From positions 120,001 to 152,000 of the forward strand of contig JBAZYK010000003.1 in NCBI GenBank assembly GCA_041659405.1: a stretch of 32,000 nt of DNA, in the 5' to 3' direction. Shown here piece by piece: positions 6,957 through 15,365 of the stretch (position 1 is its first letter; each line of letters begins with the position of its first letter). The position numbers and the translations under genes were made by a program. The stretch comes from Candidatus Altimarinota bacterium (GTDB lineage: Bacteria; Patescibacteriota; Gracilibacteria; UBA1369). The notes below the pieces were generated by a model, which worked only from the letters and a program-made list of their open reading frames with translations, had not been told where the DNA came from and made no database searches.

Positions 6957-9911
6957 ATGCCTTACGTTGCCCTTGATCTTGAAACCACCGGTTTTGATGC
7001 CGCCAATGATCAAATTATTGAAATCGCCGCCATAAAATTTGAAAGCTCACCGGATGGAGAGCCGGATAAAGCCAAAATCTTGGATACTTTTAGTACACTG
7101 ATTAATCCGGGAATTGCGATTCCGCCCATGATCACGCATATAACCGGTATTAAAGCCGCAGATTTGGTTGATTCTCCGCGTTTTGAAGATGTTCGACAAA
7201 AGTTTTTAGCTTTTATTGGACGTTACCCGATTATTGGCCATAATATTGGCTTTGATGTGACCTTTCTTAAGCAAAAAGGCCTGCCAATAGATAACGAACT
7301 TTATGACACACTGGCAATGGCGGGCATTCTTTTGCCGGATTTGCCTTCGTATAGCCTTGATACACTCAGCCGCTTACTAAAAATCGAGCACAAAAATAAG
7401 CATCGTGCGCTTGATGATACCGAAGCCTGCCGCAAACTTTTCCTTATATTGGAGAAGAAAATTTTTGATATTGACCCACCGGCTCGGGCAAAAATCATCA
7501 ATCTTCTGGAAAAAAGCCGATGGCCTTTAAAAGACTTATTCTTAGAACGATTCAACCTCAAAGGTCGACCTCAAAGGTCGCTTTTCGGCAAGAAAAAACC
7601 AACGAATTCAGATAATTTTGACTTTGAAGCCGAGCTCGCAGCCAAAACAGACTCTTCAGCCATGACCGGAACCGAACATGAATCCGAAGTTGAAGGCCCC
7701 CCCGAAAATCAAAGCTCTTCTAACCTGATCGCCCAAGTTTTAACACCGGAAACTCTTGCCGATTTTTACGACAATGAAGGACCACTTTCCAAGATCATGG
7801 AAGAATACGAAACCCGTCCGCTCCAAAAACTGATGAGTGAAAAAATTCTTGATGCTTTTCAAAAAAGTCATTCTGCTCTGATTGAAGCCGGAACCGGCAC
7901 CGGGAAAACCGCCGCTTATCTTTTAAGCAGCGCCATCTGGAATCAATCTACGCAGCAAAAAATCGTTATTTCCACCTACACTCACAATCTGCAAAATCAA
8001 ATTTTGGAAAAGGATTTGCCGCTGGTGGAAAAGGCGCTCCAACAAATCGATCCGAATTTAAAACTAAAAGTTGCCATTTTAAAAGGACGCAAAAATTATC
8101 TTTCCCTAAAACGGCTTGAGCAATTCATGAAAAAGGATTTTCTTGAAGAATCCGAAGTTATTTTTTTGATGAAGGTCATTTTGTGGATCACACGCGCCGA
8201 TCAAGGCGCGAATCATGCCACCCAAAGCCAAAACACTGCACAATCTCATGAAACTCAAACCACCAACCCCGCTCGGCCATTTACCGGCGACCTGACGGAA
8301 TTAACCCTGCAAGGCCGGGAATTTATGCTCATCGACGAAATTTGTTGTATGGATCACGTTTGTCCGCATGACGACATGGCCTACAAATCAGGCTGCTATT
8401 TGATAAAAGCACGCGCAGCCGCGGAACAAGCCGATTTTATCATCATCAATCACGCCATACTCATTCAAAATGAAATCAGCGAATCGCCACTTTTGCCCGA
8501 ATACAACTATTTAATTGTTGATGAGGCCCATCATCTGGAAAAAATCACCACCGACGCGTTGACCATAACGCTGACGCTTAACATGTTTTTGCGGCCTTTT
8601 CAGAAAATCGAAAAAATTCTGCATTTGATCAACGACCCAAAGCAAAATGGCGATAATCTTAGCCAGCTGAAAAACGAAATCAATCATTTAATGAATCGCG
8701 TTGAAATCTTTTTTGGCTTGATTGGGATCTTTTTGGAAAAAGAAATGGATATGTTTCAATTTCAATATGAACTGAATCTGACTTCTAACAGACTTAATTC
8801 CGCCGACTGGCTTAAGGTAATGGATTCCGCCAAATCGGTCACAAGTCTTGGCGCGGAAGTTCTGACCAAAATTAAAAATTATCTTAATACTTTAGAAGGT
8901 CAGGTAGAAATTCAAACAGAACTTCTTCCGGAAACGGAAAACTCCTCAAACCTGCGCGGGTCCAAGAACTCCTTCAAAAACATGATCGCCGATTTTAAAT
9001 CCGGCCTTTATGAAAGTGAAAAACGCATTATCGACCTGAAAAAAGTCCTGCTTTCTGAAACTAAGCACAATGACATCACCTGGATTTTTAAAAGCCCGGA
9101 AGAGAGTATTGGGCTTAAATGCGCGCCACTTTCCATTGGCGAAAATCTGCACACCATGCTTTTTGGCAAAAAGAAAAGCATCATTTTGACTTCGGCCACA
9201 CTGCGCACCAACGGCAATTTCAATTACATTCGCGGTCAACTTTCGCTTAACAAGGATTTTCAGGAGCTCACACTCCCCTCTCATTTTTCCTATCCCGATC
9301 TGGTCAAAATTATTATTCCGGAAGATCTGCCAGAACCGGCTACAGAAGGCTATTTTTTAAGCTGCGCCAATTTGATTTACGAAATCATCAAAAAAAATGG
9401 TGGCCGGACTTTAGCGCTTTTCACTTCTAAAAAAGCCCTTGCCGCAACATTTCATCAAATCGCCCCAAAATTAAAAGCCGATGGATTCACGCTGCTTGCC
9501 CAAAACATGACCGGCGGCCGCGGCAAAATTCTGGAACATTTTAAGGATGAACCCGACAAATGCGCCATTTTGGGAACAGCCAGTTTTTGGGAAGGTGTGG
9601 ATATTAAAGGCAGCGACCTGACTTGCGTAATCATGCAAAAACTTCCCTTTGATCCACCGGACGATCCGATCATTGCCGCAAGATCCAGAAAGTATGTAGA
9701 CGCTTTTAACGACTACCAGGTACCACGTGCCATTTTGCGCTTTAAACAGGGCTTTGGCAGACTTATCCGCAGCAGCAAAGATACCGGCAGCATTGTAATT
9801 TTAGATACCCGCCTACTTCAAAAATCCTACGGCCACAAATTCCTGGAGTCACTCCCGGAGGGCATCAAAATTCTCTACGGCACCAAAAACAACCTGGCGG
9901 ATTTGCTGTAG
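6957..9911 (+). CDS. dinG: DnaQ-like 3'-5' exonuclease fused to DinG/XPD-family SF2 DNA helicase
   Basis: N-terminal exonuclease motifs YVALDLETTG, IIGHNIGFDVTFLK, HRALDDTEACRKLF; helicase motifs IEAGTGTGKTAAYLL, IVDEAHHLE, GTASFWEGVDIKG, QGFGRLIRSS; Cys cluster CCMDHVC...C typical of Fe-S helicases. The tracked start 6870 is extended; MPYVALDLETTG at 6957 is the natural N-terminus. Confidence 0.88.
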   Translation: MPYVALDLETTGFDAANDQIIEIAAIKFESSPDGEPDKAKILDTFSTLINPGIAIPPMITHITGIKAADLVDSPRFEDVRQKFLAFIGRYPIIGHNIGFDVTFLKQKGLPIDNELYDTLAMAGILLPDLPSYSLDTLSRLLKIEHKNKHRALDDTEACRKLFLILEKKIFDIDPPARAKIINLLEKSRWPLKDLFLERFNLKGRPQRSLFGKKKPTNSDNFDFEAELAAKTDSSAMTGTEHESEVEGPPENQSSSNLIAQVLTPETLADFYDNEGPLSKIMEEYETRPLQKLMSEKILDAFQKSHSALIEAGTGTGKTAAYLLSSAIWNQSTQQKIVISTYTHNLQNQILEKDLPLVEKALQQIDPNLKLKVAILKGRKNYLSLKRLEQFMKKDFLEESEVIFLMKVILWITRADQGANHATQSQNTAQSHETQTTNPARPFTGDLTELTLQGREFMLIDEICCMDHVCPHDDMAYKSGCYLIKARAAAEQADFIIINHAILIQNEISESPLLPEYNYLIVDEAHHLEKITTDALTITLTLNMFLRPFQKIEKILHLINDPKQNGDNLSQLKNEINHLMNRVEIFFGLIGIFLEKEMDMFQFQYELNLTSNRLNSADWLKVMDSAKSVTSLGAEVLTKIKNYLNTLEGQVEIQTELLPETENSSNLRGSKNSFKNMIADFKSGLYESEKRIIDLKKVLLSETKHNDITWIFKSPEESIGLKCAPLSIGENLHTMLFGKKKSIILTSATLRTNGNFNYIRGQLSLNKDFQELTLPSHFSYPDLVKIIIPEDLPEPATEGYFLSCANLIYEIIKKNGGRTLALFTSKKALAATFHQIAPKLKADGFTLLAQNMTGGRGKILEHFKDEPDKCAILGTASFWEGVDIKGSDLTCVIMQKLPFDPPDDPIIAARSRKYVDAFNDYQVPRAILRFKQGFGRLIRSSKDTGSIVILDTRLLQKSYGHKFLESLPEGIKILYGTKNNLADLL

Positions 9912-9959
9912 CTTCACCCAGGATAGAAAGAGGCGCCTCGTACGTGATTGTCGATATTT

Positions 9960-10859
9960 TTAATTTGACTGACCTTTTGGAGGATGTAAAACAGAAATAG
10001 CTCCATATACTGCAACTATTTCATCGATTTCACTTGGCGATGAATCATCTATGTTTTCACCTGCCGCTTTCGTAACAGCTTCTTTTTTCATCTCTTGGAT
10101 TACCACTTCATACTTTTTCAAAACACAATCATTATTTGGATCAATTTGAAAACCATTTTCATAAGCTACTTTTGCCCTTGCCCATTCACCATACTTAAAC
10201 AACAAATCACCATAAAAAAAGCATAGAGCGGAAGATTTTGGATTCATTTCAAGTGCCATTTTAATATGCTTAAAAGCATCCGGAAAATCTCCCATCATGT
10301 CAAAATATTGAGCAAGTTCAAAATAAATATAGGGATTATTGGGATCAAGCAGCAAAATTTGGTCAAAACATTCAACCAGGTTTTCAGTATCTCCTAATGT
10401 TTTATAAATATTGGCGAGTTTCAATAATGTATTTTTTCTTCCTTCCAAAGAAATAGCTTTCTCCAGAGCAAAAGTAAAAATATTAATAGCGCTTTCAAAA
10501 TCTCCATCCTTCAAATATAAACCTCCCAAGCGCGCAAGACGAGGATAAGTAGGCTGCGCATCAATTAAATACGCCAAATTTGTAATTCGGGCTTCAATAA
10601 ATTCCGGCACAACTTTTGCCACCATCCAAAAAACCTCCTCCAAAAGATCAGCCAAAACCGGACCACACTGCTCCAGCGCGGTATCAATGTCCATTCCTAC
10701 CATTAAATCAAGATCATCCCTCTTTCTGCATAAAAACTTCATCAAAGCAGGATCATTTTCGGCTTTTGCCATTATGGTTCCTATAACATTAGGATCAACC
10801 ACAAATTCCAAGTGGGAAATTTCATCCGGAGAAAAAGACTGATCAAGAATCTGGCCCAT
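9960..10859 (-). CDS. TPR-repeat protein
   Basis: Repeats of TPR form: ARLGGLYLKDGDFESAINIFTFALEKA, LLKLANIYKTLGDTENLVECFDQILLLDPNN, YIYFELAQYFDMMGDFPDAFKHIKMALEMNPKS, CFFYGDLLFKYGEWARAKVAYENGFQIDPNN. Confidence 0.85.
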   Translation of the reverse strand: MGQILDQSFSPDEISHLEFVVDPNVIGTIMAKAENDPALMKFLCRKRDDLDLMVGMDIDTALEQCGPVLADLLEEVFWMVAKVVPEFIEARITNLAYLIDAQPTYPRLARLGGLYLKDGDFESAINIFTFALEKAISLEGRKNTLLKLANIYKTLGDTENLVECFDQILLLDPNNPYIYFELAQYFDMMGDFPDAFKHIKMALEMNPKSSALCFFYGDLLFKYGEWARAKVAYENGFQIDPNNDCVLKKYEVVIQEMKKEAVTKAAGENIDDSSPSEIDEIVAVYGAISVLHPPKGQSN

Positions 10860-10888
10860 TTTAGATATTTAAAACTTACAGGAGTGCA

Positions 10889-10916
10889 ATTATAAGCCGA
10901 AAGGCCATAAAGTCAA
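10889..10916 (-). promoter_or_regulatory. Candidate sigma70 promoter for the TPR gene
   Basis: On the minus strand, TTGACT (10916-10911), 16-nt spacer, TATAAT (10894-10889), about 30 nt upstream of the start at 10859. Confidence 0.65.
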
Positions 10917-10947
10917 GCCACTGGAAGCCCTTTCAAGGCCCCTTTTC

Positions 10948-10975
10948 TTGCAAAACGCCCGTTTTAGCCTATAAT
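10948..10975 (+). promoter_or_regulatory. Candidate sigma70 promoter for lemA
   Basis: TTGCAA (10948-10953), 16-nt spacer, TATAAT (10970-10975), about 25 nt upstream of ATG 11001. Divergent with the TPR promoter. Confidence 0.65.
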
Positions 10976-11000
10976 TATCACGATTTTTTAACCTTAAAAT

Positions 11001-11567
11001 ATGTCTACAACCATTTGGATCATTTTAGGAATAGTTGTCCTAATAGTTATCTTTGCAATCGGCATCTACAACGGTCTTATTCAGCTTAAAAACAAGGTGG
11101 ACGAAGCCTGGGCTGACATCGAGACACAACTCAAACGTCGTTATGACCTTATCCCAAACATCGTAGAAACTGTCAAAGGTTATGCCACTCACGAAAAAGG
11201 CACTTTGGAAGAAGTGACCAAAGCCCGCTCGGCAGCCATGGGCGCAGGAACTATGGAAGATAAAGCTCAAGCGGAAAATATGCTTTCCGGAACCTTAAAA
11301 TCACTCTTTGCACTTTCCGAAAACTATCCACAATTACAGGCAAACCAGAACTTTTTGGATCTTCAACAAACTTTAAAACAAGTGGAAGAACAACTTCAAC
11401 TTTCACGCCGTTATTACAACGCTACAGTTCGTGATTTCAACGTTAAAATTGAAGTTTTCCCAAACAACGTTTTTGCCGGTATGTTCAACTTTACCAAACG
11501 TTCATTCTTTGAAGTTGGATCTGAAACTGAACGCGAAAACGTAAAAGTTTCTTTTGATGCCAAATAA
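11001..11567 (+). CDS. lemA: LemA family protein
   Basis: N-terminal TM followed by GIYNGLIQLKNKVDEAWADIETQLKRRYDLIPNIVETVKGYATHEKGTLEEVTKARS, ENYPQLQANQNFLDLQQTLKQVEEQLQLSRRYYNATVRDFN, characteristic of LemA. Confidence 0.95.
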   Translation: MSTTIWIILGIVVLIVIFAIGIYNGLIQLKNKVDEAWADIETQLKRRYDLIPNIVETVKGYATHEKGTLEEVTKARSAAMGAGTMEDKAQAENMLSGTLKSLFALSENYPQLQANQNFLDLQQTLKQVEEQLQLSRRYYNATVRDFNVKIEVFPNNVFAGMFNFTKRSFFEVGSETERENVKVSFDAK

Positions 11568-13434
11568 GCCACTTTTGAACGAAGAACAAAAAGCGAAACT
11601 TACCAGGGCCGTCCGGGACGCCAAACAAAATACCTTCTTCAACGGAGGTATTATTGCTTTTTTCCTGATAATTTTTGCCATCGGCTTTGTTACATTTGGC
11701 TGGCTGATGTACATGCAATGGCAATCCTCCAATACATCTACACAAAATAACTGGAAAATCCCCGAATTCAAAGTAAACATGGATATTTACCAGGACGGCC
11801 GGACCTTTATTACCGAAAACATTCAAGCGGACTTCAGCCAAGAAAAGCATCACGGCATTTTCCGCTACATTCCTCTTTATTATAATGACGATCAAAACCA
11901 GAAAATGGATCTGGGAATATATCTTCAAACCATTAGGGATGAAATAGGCAAAATCTGGACATACGACCAAAGTTATCTTCAGGATTCGATCTACTTAAAA
12001 ATTGGCGATGCTAATGTTTATCTTAATTCGCTGGAAACTTATATTATAGATTATCAGGTCAATCACGCCATTCGTTACTATAAGGATCACGATGAAATTT
12101 ATTGGAACATCACCGGAAACGATTGGCCGGTAGCGATTGAACACACCGAAGCAAGCATTACCCTGCCAAAAGACCTGGCTGAAAAAGATTTAAAATTCAC
12201 CTGTTTTACGGGGATAACCGGATCAAAAGACCAAAATTGCACACACAGTATTGAAAAAGCCGAAGATGGCAGCCAAATTTTCACCTTTAAAGCTGATAAC
12301 CTGAAAACTTTGGAAGGTTTAACTGTGGCAGTTGGCTTTCCTAAAGGTGTTATAAACGAAATCGCACCGGTTCCTTACCAAAGTGATTCATATTACCAGG
12401 GCTCTTCAAACGGAGACAATACACCAAATTGGACCATGATCTTCCTGGAAATTTTTGTCCTGCCATTTTTGCTTTCCATTATTTACACAATTTTGTGGTT
12501 TAAAAATGGACGTGATCCCAAAGCAGATAAAACGGCCATCATGCCAATTTATACGCCTCCGGCGGATTTAACCCCGGCAGAAATTGGTGCTTTGGTTAAA
12601 GATTATGTTGAAGAAAAAGACCTTTCCGCCACCATTGTGGATTTATGCGTGCGAGGTTATATGAAAATAAAAGAACTGGCCAACCACGATTTCCAGTTTA
12701 TAAAATTAAAAGATTTTGCCAAAGATAATTCCTTGAAAGATTATGAAAGAGAGTTACTGCACAGCCTTTTTAAGGATTTCGATAAACGCAAGTTGAGCAG
12801 TTTAAAACAACATTTTTCTCAAAGTTTTGCGAAGATCAAAAAAATTATTTATGAAAATTTAATTAAAAAAGGATTTTATGATTCTTCACCAGAAAAAATC
12901 ATCGATAAATTCCAGGGATTGGGTATTGCCTTTATTTTCTTTGGAATATTTTTTATAGCTCCGGTCTCTTTGTGGATTAGCGGAAGCCTTATTTTGAGCG
13001 GAATTTTATCGGGCATTTTTGCTAAAATAATGCCACGCAAAACCAAAGCGGGAGTCAATATGCGTCAACAAATTTTGGGTCTGGAAGAATATATTAAAAC
13101 TGCCGAAACCGATCGAATCAAATTTCAGGAAAAGGAAAATCTGTTCGAGAAACTGCTGCCCTATGCCATGGTTTTGGGCTTAACCGACAAGTGGACCAAA
13201 GCTTTTGCCGGCATTACCACTACCCCACCGGAGTGGTACGAAACCACAAGCTCCAGATCGATGGTCTTTTCCACGGACGTCTTCCTTTCGAATCTAAATG
13301 TAATGAGCACCAGCATCAGTGCAACCTTTTCAGCTCCGGCACCTTCCCACGGCAGCGCCTTTGGAGGCGGTGGTGGCGGAGGCGGTGGATCTTCCGGCGG
13401 CGGAGGAGGCGGCGGTGGTGGTGGAGCGTGGTAA
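11557..13434 (+). CDS. DUF2207-type predicted membrane protein with Gly-rich C-terminus (paralog 1)
   Basis: ATG 11557 overlaps the 3' end of lemA by 11 nt (the tracked start is TTG 11554). Contains DGRTFITENIQADFSQEKHHGIFRYIPL, HDEIYWNITGNDWPV, TM segments, and a C-terminus GGGGGGGGSSGGGGGGGGGGAW. Confidence 0.85.
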   Translation: MPNKPLLNEEQKAKLTRAVRDAKQNTFFNGGIIAFFLIIFAIGFVTFGWLMYMQWQSSNTSTQNNWKIPEFKVNMDIYQDGRTFITENIQADFSQEKHHGIFRYIPLYYNDDQNQKMDLGIYLQTIRDEIGKIWTYDQSYLQDSIYLKIGDANVYLNSLETYIIDYQVNHAIRYYKDHDEIYWNITGNDWPVAIEHTEASITLPKDLAEKDLKFTCFTGITGSKDQNCTHSIEKAEDGSQIFTFKADNLKTLEGLTVAVGFPKGVINEIAPVPYQSDSYYQGSSNGDNTPNWTMIFLEIFVLPFLLSIIYTILWFKNGRDPKADKTAIMPIYTPPADLTPAEIGALVKDYVEEKDLSATIVDLCVRGYMKIKELANHDFQFIKLKDFAKDNSLKDYERELLHSLFKDFDKRKLSSLKQHFSQSFAKIKKIIYENLIKKGFYDSSPEKIIDKFQGLGIAFIFFGIFFIAPVSLWISGSLILSGILSGIFAKIMPRKTKAGVNMRQQILGLEEYIKTAETDRIKFQEKENLFEKLLPYAMVLGLTDKWTKAFAGITTTPPEWYETTSSRSMVFSTDVFLSNLNVMSTSISATFSAPAPSHGSAFGGGGGGGGGSSGGGGGGGGGGAW

Positions 13435-13436
13435 CA

Positions 13437-13474
13437 GATCGCTGAAAGCGATCCGCGCCCGCCCTAAAGCGGGC
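13437..13474. other. Two adjacent stem-loops in the intergenic region between the DUF2207 paralogs
   Basis: GATCGCT-GAA-AGCGATC (13437-13453) and GCCCGC-CCTAAA-GCGGGC (13457-13474). No T-tract directly follows. Confidence 0.5.
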
Positions 13475-13537
13475 ATAGCAAATAACTATCGCGCAGCGAT
13501 ACATTATCAAAAACGAAAATTCATTTAATACCCCCCC

Positions 13538-15361
13538 ATGAAACTCACAAAAAAAATTGCGGCAGGAATAATTCTGATACTTACAATAACCCTGATATCC
13601 GCATTACATATTGGAAGTACAAATATCACAAAAGCCCAAGATTCCACATCTTTTGATGATTTTTCTTCTGATGTTACCTCCCCGGATTCCACCAATGATT
13701 GGAGCATCACAAATTTTGATGCCGATATTCAGGTTCAAAAAGACGGCTCCGTGTTGGTCGATGAGACAATCACTACCGACTTTCCACCGGAAAGTGAACA
13801 CCATGGCATTTTCCGCTTTATACCAATTAATTATAAAGACGATTTTGGCAATAATGTCTCAATCAAGCTAAAAGTTTTAAGTATCCAAGATACCAAAGGC
13901 AACGAATGGCCTTATGAAACCTCTTATTCCGGACAAAATATTACGTTAAAAATCGGTGATCCGGACAAAATAATTCATGGACAAAATATTTACAAAATAA
14001 CTTATCAGGTTGATCGCGCACTTTTGTTTTTAAAAGATCACGATGAACTTTATTGGAACATCACCGGTGATCAATGGGAAACAGACATCCAAAAAGCCAG
14101 TGCCACCATTACCGTTCCTGCGGAAATTCAACAAAAAGATTTAAAAGCGGATTGTTATACCGGCGCTTACGGCTCAACCGACAAAAAATGCGACCTTAAA
14201 ATTCAAGATAATACCACAACGGTAACTTCAACTACCGACTTTAAATATGGTGAAGGCCTTACAGTGGCCGTTGCTTTCCCAAAAGGAATTATTAAAGAGC
14301 CAACCGCCCAGGAAAAAATTACGTGGTTTTTAGCAGACAACTGGGGGTATTTCTTGCCGGTAATTGCCTTTATCGCCCTCTTTTCCCTTTGGTTCACACG
14401 CGGTCGTGATCCTAAAGAAGGCGTAAAAACGACCATAATGCCTTATTATGAAGCTCCGGATAATTTAACCCCCAGTGAAATTGGAACCCTGGTCGATGAA
14501 AAAGCCGATATGCAAGATATTACCTCCACAATTATTGATATGGCCGTGCGGGGGTATCTTAAAATTATCGAAATCCAGGAGAAAAAAATAATTTTCAACA
14601 AAACCGATTACGAACTGGAATTACAACAAGAATTTGAAAACGACAACAAAGTCCAGGAGCACGAAAAAGCTGTTCTAAGAGCCATTTTTGATGCTTCAAA
14701 CAACTCAAAAGGAGCAAAAGTTAAACTCTCTACACTCGCCAATAAATTTTACATGTTTATCCCGGGTATCAAAAAAAATATTTATGAATTAACGGTATCT
14801 AAAGGTTATTTCCCGGTAAATCCGGACAACGTTCGCAAAATATATTTAGGTGTTGGTATCGGTTTAATTGTTTTGGGATTTTTCAGTTTTATGTATTTCT
14901 CGAATGGCGGTTCTGTTTCAGTCCCCATTGGACTTGTTTTAAGTGGGTTGATCATCATAATTTTTTCCAATTTCATGCCGATCAAAACCAAAAAAGGAGT
15001 TGAGATCTATTACAAAATAAAAGGCCTGAAAGAGTTCATCAATACTGCCGAAGCCGATCGCCTTAAATTCCAGGAAAAAGAAAATCTGTTCGAAAAACTG
15101 CTTCCTTATGCCATGGCCCTTGGAATTGCCGAAAAATGGTCCAAAGCTTTTGAAGGAATCTATAAAAATCCCCCAAGCTGGTATCAAAGCAGCAATCCAA
15201 ACTTCATGAACAATTTTTCCACTTATTATTTTGTTCATAGCCTGAATTCGTTTTCCAACACAATGCAACAAACCCTGGCCTCCACTCCAAAATCATCCGG
15301 CGGAATTGGCGGAGGCTTTTCCGGTGGCGGCTTTGGCGGCGGCGGCGGCGGCGCGTGGTAG
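13538..15361 (+). CDS. DUF2207-type predicted membrane protein with signal peptide and Gly-rich C-terminus (paralog 2)
   Basis: Hydrophobic N-terminus, DGSVLVDETITTDFPPESEHHGIFRFIPINY, HDELYWNITGDQWE, FEKLLPYAMALGIAEKWSKAFEGI..PPSWY, C-terminus GGGGAW. Strong similarity to the preceding ORF. Confidence 0.85.
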   Translation: MKLTKKIAAGIILILTITLISALHIGSTNITKAQDSTSFDDFSSDVTSPDSTNDWSITNFDADIQVQKDGSVLVDETITTDFPPESEHHGIFRFIPINYKDDFGNNVSIKLKVLSIQDTKGNEWPYETSYSGQNITLKIGDPDKIIHGQNIYKITYQVDRALLFLKDHDELYWNITGDQWETDIQKASATITVPAEIQQKDLKADCYTGAYGSTDKKCDLKIQDNTTTVTSTTDFKYGEGLTVAVAFPKGIIKEPTAQEKITWFLADNWGYFLPVIAFIALFSLWFTRGRDPKEGVKTTIMPYYEAPDNLTPSEIGTLVDEKADMQDITSTIIDMAVRGYLKIIEIQEKKIIFNKTDYELELQQEFENDNKVQEHEKAVLRAIFDASNNSKGAKVKLSTLANKFYMFIPGIKKNIYELTVSKGYFPVNPDNVRKIYLGVGIGLIVLGFFSFMYFSNGGSVSVPIGLVLSGLIIIIFSNFMPIKTKKGVEIYYKIKGLKEFINTAEADRLKFQEKENLFEKLLPYAMALGIAEKWSKAFEGIYKNPPSWYQSSNPNFMNNFSTYYFVHSLNSFSNTMQQTLASTPKSSGGIGGGFSGGGFGGGGGGAW

Positions 15362-15365
15362 AGGC

